DNA of 64,000 bases, taken from positions 1-64,000 of the forward strand of contig NW_021833635.1 in NCBI RefSeq assembly GCF_006345805.1, in the 5' to 3' direction. The stretch's first letter is position 1. The number at the start of each line of letters is the position of its first letter. Made by a program: the position numbers and the translations under genes. This DNA is from Octopus sinensis. Taxonomy: Eukaryota. The notes below the pieces were generated by a model. The model did not search any database, was not told where the DNA came from, and saw only the letters and a program-made list of their open reading frames with translations. Shown piece by piece: positions 22,543-35,248 of this stretch.

Positions 22543-23785
22543 TACGTGGTATGATCAATAAATATCCAGACTGTTGCCATAGTAACAAAGCTAAAGCACG
22601 CTGAGTAAAGCCGATTGGCACAGGTTGACCTTAAACTCTGCCATGCACGCACACTAAGTTTTAACGTCCTTGTTCATTCCTGCTATTTACAGAAGTGCTT
22701 GGAAGGAAGGTGTGTAGCATGTCTTCATCGTATTGACGATGACAGAGAAAGTTGAGTAGAAAATGTTTCCATCGTTCTCGACACAATCAAAGAAATCTTG
22801 TGCCACTAAAACCAAAGCGTCTGTTTGAACTGAAAGCAGTTTTGGCATAAACTTGTCACACACGCGTCTCGTACCCAAATCTTCAGTGATAACGGACTGA
22901 ACTGAACCGTAACTAATCTGCACATCCTCTGATAACTCACGGATGGCGGTTCGACGATTTACCCTCACAGCTGCACGCACATCTATAATGTTTTTCTTAG
23001 TTCTGCTGGTTAAGTTAAGTTAAGTTAATTTTTTGGCTCAAAAAGCAAAAAGCAAGGCCATGTAGGGGGACATGGAGTTAAGTACAGGGTGGTGTTCATG
23101 TAAAGAGTTCAGGCCACTTGTGGTCAAGGGAGATTTTGAACCGAGCGGTCGTCGGCATCTTCACTATCTCGTCCGGCAGCTTATTCCACGGATCCGCAAC
23201 CCGGACGGAGAAATCCCCTCTCTTTCGATTGAGATGAAATCGTCGCAGATAGAGCTTTTCGGAATGACCCCGCAGCCGACGCTCTGGAGCAGGAGTGAAG
23301 AACAGCTCTTTCGAGAGGTTACACTTTCCGCTTATGATGTTGCGAGCAAGAATGAGATCACCACGGCGTCGTCGTTTTTCAAGAGAATAAAGGTCGAGCG
23401 TCTTCAGCCTTTCTTCATAAGGTTGTGGGTGCCCCTGAACGTACGTCAATATCGACATCTTTCGGACATCCTGCAAACATCTGAACCACTCATACACTTG
23501 TGTACCGCTCATATACTTCACTCCATACACTTTCTGCAACTTTGTGTAGGTCTCTGAGCAGGTATCGCCATGACAACTTTCTCTGCCATGGTCAATGCGA
23601 CGATCACACGCTACACACTTTCCTTCCAAGCAATGCTGTAAACAGCGGAAGTGAGCTGGACCGTTAAAACGTAGCATGCTCACACAGCAGAGTTCAAGGT
23701 TAATCTGTGCAAATCAGCTTTACTCTGAGTACTTAATCTTCGTTACTATAGCAACAGTCCGAATACTTATTGATCAGACCACGTA
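22543..23785 (-). mobile_element. Internally deleted mariner with about 125-bp inverted ends
   Basis: IRs at 22543-22668 and 23661-23785 with TA flanks; transposase N-terminal peptides ETYTKLQKVYG..MSGTQVYEWFR and VRAAVRVNRRTAIRELSEDVQISYGSVQSVITEDLGTRRVCDKFMPKLL. Confidence 0.85.
23003..23445 (-). mobile_element. CR1-clade LINE 3' end nested in the mariner
   Basis: YEERLKTLDLYSLEKRRRRGDLI...RGHSEKL...FSVRVADPWNKLP; tail (TTAAC)n. Confidence 0.9.
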
Positions 23786-23799
23786 TATATGTGTAGAAA

Positions 23800-24030
23800 G
23801 GCGGCGAGCTGGCAGAAACGTTAGCACGCCGGGCGAAATTCGTAGCCGTATTTCGTCTGTCGTTGCGTTCCGAGTTCAAATTCCGCCGAGGTCGACTTTG
23901 CCTTTCATCCTTTCGGGGTCGATAAATTAAGTACCAGTTACGCACTGGGGTCGATGTAATCGACTTAATCCCTTTGTCTGTCCTTGTTTGTCCCCTCTGT
24001 GTTTAGCCCCTTGTGGGTAGTAAAGAAATA
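23800..24030 (+). mobile_element. SINE family A1 monomer
   Basis: 15-bp TSD TATATATGTGTAGAA (23784-23798, 24031-24045). Confidence 0.95.
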
Positions 24031-24408
24031 TATATATGTGTAGAAATCAAGTTTGATTTTTTTTTGCAGGGATGATGTCGGAAAGCACTGAGTTGAGGAT
24101 AACCCTTGACGAATTCCAAATGCTATCAATATTATAGGAGGCCAGACCATTCGTTATGTTTTTGATTGCTGATGTCAAGTTTCCTTCATGATGTACAAGA
24201 ATGAGTCAACTGAAGGATGAGCACAATAGCAGTCGAGGGATTGGATGAATAAAACAGCTTCCGTTGGATGTAGACGGTATAAAGAACAAGAGTAGTAGGG
24301 AAAGTCGTACCAATACATGCAATCGTAGGCATTTCATACAGGGAGAATAAAAAGAGGCTGATTATATGCAATAAGCATTAACCAATATAATCCACTCTAA
24401 CAAATCAA

Positions 24409-24854
24409 GGATCTTTTCGGTTTGAACGGCAGTTTTTTAAAATAATTTCCACGTAACTAAACTTTTAAACTTTGTATACTGGTAGAATGTGTTTATAAAA
24501 CATCTTTTTTCTCTTGGCTTTATTGAGAAAATTCTATAGTTTGTAAGATATTTGTTGTTTTTTTTCTTCAATTTCTGCAATTTCAACCAATCAATGACGT
24601 CTATTGAAGTGAAAACATTCTGTGCCGTATGAATATGTCCCTCGTTTAAGAAACAGATTGGGTTTATTTACATTTCTGAAGAAAAAAGATACCCGTCCCC
24701 CACCCCTAACCCTAACTAACCATAACCATAGCTAACCCTAACCCTAACCCTAAAAGAGATTGAAATGCAATAGATCGATACTAGGGTCATAATTATGGGT
24801 GACAATTTCATATGACACCGCTAGAAAAAACTGCCGTTCAAACCGAAAAGATCC
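24409..24854. mobile_element. MITE with GGATCTTTTCGGTTTGAACGGCAG TIRs and internal (CCCTAA)n
   Basis: TIRs; 8-bp TSD CAAATCAA (24401-24408, 24855-24862). Confidence 0.92.
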
Positions 24855-25140
24855 CAAATCAATTTTTCGACGTCATGAAATCACGTACCAATTATCATTT
24901 TAAGTACAAAATTTTAACTTTTCAAAACAGATCAATACCAAAATATCGACCCCTTTGTTCCAGTTGCATTACTTCATATTAATTTCATGATTAGCAATTA
25001 GTAAAAAGAGGTAATTCTTAATTTATAATTAATGTTCTTTATTTAAAAAAGAAAAAACAATATCGTTGGTATTTTGTTTCCATATATTTTCCGATGCAGT
25101 TCTTTTTTTTTTTTCAGTTTTTATAGGATAAAGAATAATC

Positions 25141-25574
25141 GGATCTTTTCGGTTTGAACGGCAGTTTTTAACATAATTTCTAGGTAACTAAAAAATTTTA
25201 AACTTCGTATATTGGTAGAATGTATTTATAAAACATCTTTTTTCTCTTGGCTTTATTGAAAAAATTCTATTGTTTATAAGATATTTGTTGTTTTTTTTCT
25301 TCAATTTCTGCAATTTCAACCAATCAGTGACGTCTATTGAGTTAAAAAGCATTGTGTGCCGTATGAATATGTCCCTCGTTTAAGAAATACATTGGGTTTA
25401 TTTACATTTGTGAAGAAAAAAAGATACCCTTCCCCCACCCCTAACCCTAACCCTAACTAACCCTAACCCTAAAAGAGATTGAAATGCAATAGATCGATTC
25501 TAGGGTCATAATTATGGGTGACAATTTCATATGACACCGCTAGAAAAAAATTGCCGTTCAAACCGAAAAGATCC
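25141..25574. mobile_element. Second copy of the telomeric-repeat MITE
   Basis: Same TIRs and body; 8-bp TSD GAATAATC/GAGTAATC. Confidence 0.92.
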
Positions 25575-26479
25575 GAGTAATCTGAATTGCATTTTTCATT
25601 ACTTCTAGAAGCATTTCTCTTCCTGTAACAATTGGTAAGTAGAAATAGATGTTCGTTTTTCTACTATTAATACCTAAGTACATACACCCACCTGATCTGC
25701 TTATGTGTTATTTGTAAAAGAAAATAAAATGCTTTACATTTTAGAAATATTATTGCTGTTTATGCCTGCATTCTCTTCACTGTAAATATAGTTGCTGGAT
25801 TTATACATTTTATGATTAAACTTACACTAATCAACTCTCTCTCTCTCTCTCGGCTTTCCCCTCTACATTCTCCACATACCTTTCAATATACTGTGTTCAC
25901 TGCGATCGCGATGTGGCTAATTTGGATGAAATCTGGGTGTGATTGGTGCGGGGAAAGTACAGCTCAAGAAAGTGTACGAAACGGAACAGTTCAGACAGCA
26001 ACAATACATAATTCGAATTTTGCGTATATTCAACAAGTAATTGCTTTTCAAACAGGTGAACGAGTTCTCAGCTATAAAGAAAGGTTAGGTGAAAATTATC
26101 ATAAATTGTTAATGTTCGATGTAATCTGAGGAGAATAAGTGCTGGGAAACGACAAGAAGCATAAGAAGAAGCAGAAATATGGTTAATGGTAGAAACAAGA
26201 AGACTAGTTGAAAGAATGCGAAACGAAACACGGGAAACATAAATGTGGGGAAAAAATACGATTAACTCAGTCTCTAGAATGTAAACACAGGGGAAGCATA
26301 AGAAAAAAATGTTAATATTAGAGGTAACTATAGGACGCTTATTGCGCAAAGGCGAAGGAAATACCAGGACCTGACAGATGAAAATATTATTGAGAATTGA
26401 AAAATGCAAGACTTAAATATAATGCAGTTTATGAGAGTGGTTTGGGAAATAAAATTTACTGTGTGATCCATGTGAAACT

Positions 26480-26868
26480 ACTCTTTTACTCTTTTACTTG
26501 TTTCAGTCATTTGACTGCGGCCATGCTGGAGCACCGCCTTTTAGTCGAGCAAATCGACCCCAGGACAAGATGGACAAACTGGCAAATATGCATGCATGCA
26601 TGTATGTATGTATGTATGTATGTATGTATGTATGTTTAATTAATATACCTCAGATGATGCCATTACTCTCTTTACTTGTTTCAGTCATTTGACTGTGGCC
26701 ATGCTGGAGCATCGCCTTCTAGTCGAGTAAATCGACCCCAGGAATTATTCTTTGTAAGCCTAGTACTTATTCTATCGTTCTCTTTTGCCTATCCGCTAAG
26801 TTACGGGGATGTAAACACACCAGCATCAGTTGTCAAACGCCGTTGGGGGGACAAACACAGACACGCAA

Positions 26869-26925
<57 letters not shown>

Positions 26926-27098
26926 CACATATATACGACGGGCTTCTTTCAGTTTCCGTCTACCAAATCCACTCACAAAACTTTAGTCGGCCCGAGGCTA
27001 TAGTAGAAGACACTTGGACAAGTTGCCACGCAGTAGGACTGAACCCGGAACCATGTGGTTCGTAAGCAAGCTAATTACCACACAGACACTCCTATGCC
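26480..27098 (-). mobile_element. SINE family B (3' fragment 26480-26566 plus full copy 26664-27098)
   Basis: Match to consensus. Confidence 0.85.
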
Positions 27099-27481
27099 TA
27101 TAAATATTGGTTTCAAATTTTGGCACAAAGCCAGCAATTTCGAGTGGAAGGATTAAGTCCATTCCATCGACTCCATTGCTCAACTGGTACTTATTTTATC
27201 GACCTCAAAAGGAGGAAAGACAGTGAACCATGGGGGAATTTGAACTCGGAATCGTTTAAACTTGGCGTGCAAACGATTCAGCCAGCTCGCTGCCTTATGT
27301 GGATGTATACACAGGCTGGCCCAAAAGTAGGTTTGCAGTTATCCCGTAGGCTCTTTAAATTTCTTTTAAAACATGTTATTACATTTAAATTTCTATCTTA
27401 CAAATTGAAAAGGGAACTTGACAAAATTAACTAAATAACCATAGAATAATGGTTTCATTTTTTTTATATAATTAAGATCTA

Positions 27482-28117
27482 GGATCTTTTCCTTTTGAAC
27501 GGCACACAATTTCTAGTTAACTAAACACTTTTAAACTTCGTATACTGGTAGAATGTGTTTATAAAACATCATTTTCTCTTGGTTTTATTGAGAAAATTCT
27601 ATAGTTTGTAAGATATTTCGTCTGAAAATCCGAGCATTTCGGCAATTTTAACCAATCGATTACCTCCATTCAACTAAAATCATTTGCTGCGTCTAAAACT
27701 GAGACAATATCATGTAACTAACCCTAAACCTCCCCCCTAACCCTAACCCTAATCCTAATTTTTTTTCTTAATTGTTAAATTAATTTAATTCCATTGCTTT
27801 AGTTTTTTTTACACGCGTAACAATTAAATTAATTTAAAAATTAAGAAAAAAAAATTAGGGTTTGGGTTAGGGTTAGGGGGGAGGTTTAGGGTTAGTTACA
27901 GGATGTTGTCTCAGTTTTAGATGCAGCAAATGATTTTAGCTCAAAAGAGAGCATAGGATTGGTTAAAATTCGAAAAATTAAACTACGTTAAACAAACAAA
28001 TTTTCTCAAGAAAGCCAAGAGAAAAAAATGTTTTATTTTGACACATTCTACCAGTATACGAAGTTTTAAAGTGTTTAGTTAACTAGATATTGTCTGTCGT
28101 TCAAAAGGAAAAGATCC
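27482..28117. mobile_element. Related foldback MITE with (CCCTAA)n and (TTAGGG)n arms
   Basis: TIR GGATCTTTTCCTTTTGAACG; 8-bp TSD AAGATCTA; left and right halves are imperfect inverted copies. Confidence 0.88.
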
Positions 28118-28425
28118 AAGATCTAAACTGTTAATATATGAATGCAAAAGAGAAGGTTGAATAAGTGTATGCTTACTTTTGGACCACCCAGTATACTGAT
28201 TTCAACTTGCGGCGCAAGGCCAGCAATTTTGGGTCGATTACATCGATCCCAGTGCTCAACTGGTACTTAGTTTATCGACTCCGAAAGGATGAAAAGCAAA
28301 GTCGAACGCGGCAGAATTTGAACTCAAATATTGTTTACCAATACTGTACAGTCAAACATTTCTTATCAAAGGCCTCAGATAGTAAGTTCAATTACTACTG
28401 TCATGAAAATAAAATCAAATTGCAA

Positions 28426-29026
28426 GGGGGCGAGCTGGCAGAGACGTTAGCACGCCGGGCGAAATGCGTAGCCGTATTTCGTCTGCCGTTACATTCTGAG
28501 TTCAAATTCCGTCGAGGTCGACTTTGCCTTTCATCCTTTCGGGGTCGATAAATTAAGTACCAGCTACGCACTGGGGTCGATGTAATCGACTTAATCTCTT
28601 TGTCTGTCCTTGTTTGTCCTCTCTGTGTTTAGCCCCTTGTGGGTAGTAAAGAAATAGATATTTCATTTGTCTTTGCGTTCTGAGTTCAAATTCCGCCGCG
28701 GTCGACTTTGCCTTCCATCCTTTCGGGGTTGATAAATTAAGTACCAGCTACGCACTGGGGTCGATGTAATCGACTTAATCCGTTTGTTTGTCCTTGTTTG
28801 TCCTCTCTGTGTTTAGCCCCTTGTGGGTAGTAAAGAAATGGATATTTCATCTGCCGCTACGTTCTGAGTTCAAATTCCGCCGAGGTCGACTTTGCCTCTC
28901 ATCCTTTCGGGGTCGATAAATTAAGTACCAGTTACGCACTGAGGTCGATGTAATCGACTTAATCCGTTTGTCCCTTTCTTGTTTGTCCCCTCTGTGTTTA
29001 ACCCCTTGTGGGTAGTAAAGAAACAG
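28426..29026 (+). mobile_element. SINE family A trimer
   Basis: One head, three bodies; TSD ATAAAATCAAATTGC (28409-28423, 29027-29041). Confidence 0.92.
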
Positions 29027-29394
29027 ATAAAATCAAATTGCTTAACTGAAGAGAAACATAACTTTGTCTCCGTAATATAGTGAGCAATCCAAAGAATCTT
29101 GATTATAATCACTTCAGACAGTTGTTCTTGTAACTCAACACTCTCCTTTGCATCGTTGGGAACTCACGTACTGGAGGCCTTCTGTTGTTGACTATATCGG
29201 TTTCACGTTCATGACTCAATCTGTCATCGCTCGAGCAACGACATGCATATTTTTGGAGCAAAATCACGATGAATTGCCCAACTTCATCTAATTGATTAAA
29301 AAAATGGTCGCGAATATTAAATTACAGAATAGGAATAATGAAAGAGGCATCTCTCAAACTATAACTGCTTTAGATTTGATCATTTGAATAAATA

Positions 29395-29976
29395 ATAATT
29401 TCAAATTTTGATTCCAGGCCTGCAATTTTGAGGGAGTGGGGTAAGTTGATTACATCGATCCCGGTTTACATCTGGTACTTATTTAATCGACCCCGAAAAG
29501 ATGAAAGACAATGTCGACCTCGGCGGAATTTGAGCTCAGAACGTAATGGCAGACGAAATACCTATTTCTTTATTACCCACAAGGGGCCAAACAGAGGGGA
29601 CAAACATGGACAGACATAAGTATTAAGTCGATTATATCGACCCCAGTACGTAACTGGGACTTATTTAATCGACCCCAAAAGGATGAAAGGCAAAGTCGAC
29701 ATAGGCGGAATTTGAACTCAGAACGTAGCGGCAGACGAAATACCTATTTCTTTACTACCCTCAAGGGGCTAAACACAGAGAGGACAAACAAGGACAGACA
29801 AACGGATTAAGTCGATTACATCGACTCCAGTGCGTGACTGGTACTTAATTTATCGACCCCGAAAAGATGAAAGGCAAAGTCAACCTCGGCGAAATTTGAA
29901 CTCAGAACGTAACGGCCGACAAAATACGGCTATGCATTTCGCCCGGCGTGCTAACGTTTCTGCCAGCTCGCCGCCT
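29395..29976 (-). mobile_element. SINE family A trimer (two A1 units, then an A2 unit)
   Basis: Junctions at AAAGAAATA|GGTATTTCGTCTGCC on the minus strand. Confidence 0.88.
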
Positions 29977-30167
29977 TAGACAGTTACCTCTACTCTTTCC
30001 TACTCTAGGCACAAAGCCCGAAATATTTTGGGAGAGGGCCAGTCGATTAGCTATGTACTTATTATACCGGCATGCTAAGGTTTCTGCCAGCTAGCCGCCT
30101 TAGACATTTATCTATATTGACAAGGTGATTCTCAACATCAAACAACAGGATCTTTCACTCATGAAAA

Positions 30168-30520
<353 letters not shown>

Positions 30521-31127
30521 AGTGTCCTAGAGGCGTAACAGGGGGGTGGGGAGCTAAATGGGCAGTCCATTCTTAGGCGGTTATGCGAAGGGGAGCAAAA
30601 ATCTCCCCCTTGTTTATGATGCCTGTTAATTAAAGTAGAAACGGCGCAGAATTGGGTGGGTGGGTGGGTGGTTGGGTATTGTCTTTTGCTCCGAGTGCCA
30701 TGAACCATTGCTAAAAGTGACTGGTTTGTATTTGTATGTGTTTATTTGTGCGCGTGTGTGTGTGCGTGGGTGGGTGTGCGTGCGTGCGTGCGTATGACTG
30801 TGCGCAGGCGCCTTTCCGTGCGTATGCATATCTTTGCATGAAGACACGATTGGCGAGTGAAGGAGGGAGGAGGGAGGAGGAAGAAAGAGAAGCGGAGAAC
30901 GAAAAAAAAAAGAGGCGAGGGAGGGTAGAAAGACAGCGAAGGAAGAGAGTCGTGATAGTCTTAAAGTGCACTAATATAGCCATTTACTGGTAATACAGTG
31001 CAAAGAATCATAGTGACGTACTCACCCCTCTCTCTCTCTCCCCTTAGGTGTGTGTGTGCATGTGTGAGTGTACACACACACACACATATACATACACACA
31101 CACACTGACACACACACACACACACTG

Positions 31128-31158
<31 letters not shown>

Positions 31159-31189
31159 TACCAGCTTCAGAGCTGCATTGAGTACATTC

Positions 31190-31425
31190 TTTTATTCTTT
31201 TATTTTCTTTTCAGTCATTTGACTGCGGCCATGCTGGAGCACCGCCTTTAGTCGATCGAGCAAATCGACCCCAAAGACTTATACTTTGTAAGCCTAGTAC
31301 TGTATTCTATCTGTCTCTTTTTTTTGCCGAACCACTAATTGACAGGAACATAAACACACCAGCATCGGTTGTCAAGCGATGTCGGAGGTACAAACACAGA
31401 CACACAAACATACACACACACACAC

Positions 31426-31475
<50 letters not shown>

Positions 31476-31484
31476 CACTCCCCC

Positions 31485-31518
<34 letters not shown>

Positions 31519-31630
31519 GACGGGCTTCTTTCAGTTTCCGTCTACCAAATCCACTCACAAGGCTTTGGTCGGACCGAAGCTATAGTAGAAGACATTTGCC
31601 CAGGGTGCCACACAGCCACTCCTGCGCCTA
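31190..31630 (-). mobile_element. SINE family B (partly deleted head)
   Basis: Match to consensus. Confidence 0.85.
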
Positions 31631-31896
31631 TATCAAATTTTATTAAACTTGACCAATATTTTTCAAGCAATGAACAATTTTCATCAAAACAATGACATAA
31701 TTTGTCAACATGGACCTTATTACAAAGCTGCATGATAAACAAGATTTCTTGTCTACACATTCGGGGTTCAGTATAATACTTTCTTCTGTTAAATCTCTTT
31801 CTTTCTCTGTCTCGCTCTCTTTCTGTTGATCAAAGGCGTTGTTGGTGGTAGCGTCAGAAGTCTGAATGATCTGCATATGGCAGCCACGCCTGCACC

Positions 31897-31927
<31 letters not shown>

Positions 31928-32243
31928 ATATATGTATGCGTGTGTGTGTGTGTGTGTGTGCATGACGGAAAAAATACGAATTCTGTCAGAACAGTCCTGG
32001 AGGAGTATTTTTCGTGACGGACAAGTGAATTTTAGAAGAGGGGCCTTGCAAGTCTACCAGATAGATGGAAGAGCATTGTAGAAATTCTTTGTAAGCCTAG
32101 TACTTATTCTATCGTTCTCTTTTGCCTATGGAGGAGAGTATATTTTAGATTAAAAAGAACTTTACTTTAATTTTGAAAATAAGAGAAGTATAAAAAGCCG
32201 CATTATTTATGGGATGACGCAATATATATATACACGCAAACAC

Positions 32244-32297
<54 letters not shown>

Positions 32298-32717
32298 ATA
32301 CTGTCCTGTTTTTGTTACCACTTTTACTTAATTTGCTTTGCGGGAAGGATTGTTTCAACGAAGTCGTGTCTCGCCTTTACCTTCGAACCGCGGAGTAGAT
32401 GAAACAGAGGCGGCTGAAGAAGGGGAATGTTCCTTGTGTTGTATGTCTTGTACTCTATTTTTCCGTTGTTTAAGAAAAATGTCCATTTCCTTGGTTTTGT
32501 TTTTATGTTTTCGTTTCTCATTGTGTTCGACGTTTTTTTGGTATCCTGTACCCATATATACATGTATATATACATATAGATGTAGGTACGTAGATATATG
32601 TATGTATATATGCATATTTTATTTATTATTTTGTTAATATGTATATATATACATAGACGTATATTTATATTTATATATATGTATTTATGTATATATATCT
32701 ATGTATATATGTATATA

Positions 32718-32764
<47 letters not shown>

Positions 32765-32816
32765 ATATATATATATATAATATTATATATATAATATATA
32801 TTATATATTCACACTT

Positions 32817-33475
32817 TATAATTAGGGTTCAGCAAAGATTTGCTTTAACACATACCGAAGTTAGAAATAGCAGTCAAAAACCTTAGCTATTTCTTCTACT
32901 TTAAAAAGGGACTCCCAGAAAAACCAAAATACTTCAAAACAATCTACGCAGGCAGAGAGGAAAATTAACGAAAATCAATCGATATCTGGTTACCCATGTA
33001 CGCGCGTTTCGGAATTAGATCTGTATAAAGAATATAGAATTATACTTTACCCAACCATTTTCGTTCATCAGCATAGGATTCCAACAATATTAAATATCAA
33101 ATATTAAATTCGAAGGTACTGGAAGAATTGGATACATCTCTTCACCTAACGGTATCGGACTGATCATATTCAGTGTTAGTGCCGCCAAATTTAAAATACG
33201 AATGAAGTTCATCACCTCTCCCTGCCAATTCGAGCGTGTCGCCAAGTAAGATACTACAGAAAAAAACAAAAAAACTGTAGTTTGTTATCAAGGAGAAAAA
33301 TTCCATTATCAATAATAACAAAGGGTAACATTAATTAATTAAGAAGTAATCAATAATTTCACCAAGTAGAATTCGGCATGAAAAAAGAGCATTTACGGTA
33401 AACTTAAGGTTTTTTGACTGCTATTTCTACACTTCGGTATGTGGTAAAGCAAATCTTTGCTGAACCCTAATTATA
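32817..33475. mobile_element. MITE-like element with about 70-bp IRs inside (TA)n
   Basis: TATAATTAGGGTTCAGCAAAGATTTGC... at 32817-32885 is the reverse complement of 33405-33475. Confidence 0.75.
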
Positions 33476-33477
33476 AG

Positions 33478-33545
<68 letters not shown>

Positions 33546-33589
33546 GACACACACGCATATATACACACATATGTATATATATATATATA

Positions 33590-33790
33590 ACGGGAAGGTT
33601 TACGAAAATAAACAAAAGACGAAGGCAGGTGGAGTACAAACAAACAAATGTATTATTATGGCGCTCAGGAATAGAAATAGAACAAGTCTTTTACGTTTCG
33701 AGCCTACGCTCTTCAACAGAAAGATACACAGAAAAGAAACAAGGAGAGAAAAAATGCGTGTAGGAGCTAACGATCCATTTTGGCGTATAT
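33590..33790 (-). mobile_element. Short Penelope-pLTR-like element with hammerhead-like motif
   Basis: Flanked by (TA)n; relatives at 35465-35590 (+), 42315-42480 (-), 49600-49720 (+) and 51265-51325 (+). Confidence 0.6.
33687..33724 (-). ncRNA. Hammerhead-like motif with non-canonical core (CUGUUGA)
   Basis: TCTTT-CTGTTGA-A-GAGC(GTAG)GCTC-GAA-ACGT-A-AAAGA. Confidence 0.5.
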
Positions 33791-34174
33791 ATATATATAC
33801 ATACACACATACATCTAGGCGCAGGCGTAGCTATGTGGTAAGAATGTTCACATTAATATGCGAGCTTTCGGTCGTATGTGCACGTGCTGTGGTGGATAAA
33901 TTAGATTTAGCTCGTATGTAAATGTGAACATTTGTATATATGATTATAAATACATGATATTAGTGTTGCTACGTATAAATGTTTATAATAATTTACTACT
34001 GGTCATACTATACTTATGAAGGTAAGGAGATTTTACATCTGTATACCAGAAATCGATCTATAGTTAAACCTCTTTTACGAAATCTTATTCACTGTTCTCG
34101 CTTTCAGTCCGTGCTAATGGAGCAAGTAAATGTAGTTCTTAGGGCCATTTGGTGTCTATTTCCTTAGTGCCCTT

Positions 34175-34330
34175 AGGTGTAGGAGTGGCTGTGTGGCAAG
34201 TAGCTTGCTTAGCAACCACATGGTTCAGGTCCCACTGCGTGGGGCCTTGGGCAAGTGTCTTCTACTATAGCCTCGGCCGACCAAAGCCTTGTGAGTTGAT
34301 TTGGTTGACGGAAACTGAAAGAAGGCGGTC

Positions 34331-34393
<63 letters not shown>

Positions 34394-34570
34394 GTTTGTG
34401 TGACAACCGATGCTGGTGCGCTTATGTCCCCCGTAATCTAGCTGTTCAGCAAAAGAGACCGATAGAATAAGTACTAGGCTTACAAAAAACAAGCCCTGGA
34501 GTCGATTTGCTCGACTAAAGGCGGTGCTCCGGCATGGCCACAGTAAAATAACTGAAACAAGTAAAAGAGT
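34175..34570 (+). mobile_element. SINE family B
   Basis: Match to consensus. Confidence 0.88.
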
Positions 34571-34584
34571 ATATATATATATAT

Positions 34585-34994
34585 AAGCAATAATAAATCT
34601 CTGAACGAGATGTAGACAGTAACTGCACGACAACGTAAAGTATACTAGCCATCTCAATATGGCTAACCACTAAGAGTGGGTGTTACTGTAGCTTGTAGCC
34701 CCAGGAGATCATCGTCTCCGGCTGGCTTTAGGCACACTTTCTGTGCCCTTATGGTATTTGAAAAGGGAGGTCATCCCTCCCTCGTCAACCTAGGTGACAC
34801 GCACGGACTGCAGTTTCTAGGTATTTGCTTGTCTTAAGCGTACGGCAGTCACCGGTTTTCGATGAAGGAAGACCGTTTGCAAATACTTATTTATTGTTTT
34901 TCCAGTAACTTTTCGTCACTGATCTCGAAAAACTGTATGCAAGCAATAATAAATCTCTGAACGAGATGTAAACAGTAACTGCACGACAATGTAA
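34585..34994. repeat. 54-bp direct repeats enclosing a multi-hairpin segment
   Basis: AAGCAATAATAAATCTCTGAACGAGATGT... at 34585-34638 and 34941-34994. Confidence 0.85.
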
Positions 34995-35199
34995 GGTAGC
35001 TTCGTGTATTAGCACTTCATATTCTAAGAGTACCAATGCACGAAGCCCTCGGCCTTTGATTCACTTTGAAACTTCAGCTTGTTAAATGAAAAAACATATA
35101 TTCTCATATTTTGAGTTGTATTTTCTTCTTTGTATTACTATATGCGTATGTAAGCGTTTGTAACTGTGTGTGCATGTGCATATGTGTGCGTGTGTGTGA

Positions 35200-35248
<49 letters not shown>

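Noticed and set aside
23096-23683. 195-aa ORF as a mariner-CR1 fusion gene
   Set aside because: Chance in-frame junction of two decayed elements; both catalytic cores are missing.
27715-27900. Telomere fusion site (CCCTAA...TTAGGG)
   Set aside because: Lies inside a TIR element with an 8-bp TSD.
32405-32440. CTGAAGAAGGGGAATGTTCC as a hammerhead
   Set aside because: No GAAA box or closing stem I found.
34655-34730. Twister or HDV-like ribozyme call
   Set aside because: Partial resemblance (GGCTACAAGC on the minus strand), but pseudoknots and helix order could not be satisfied by eye.
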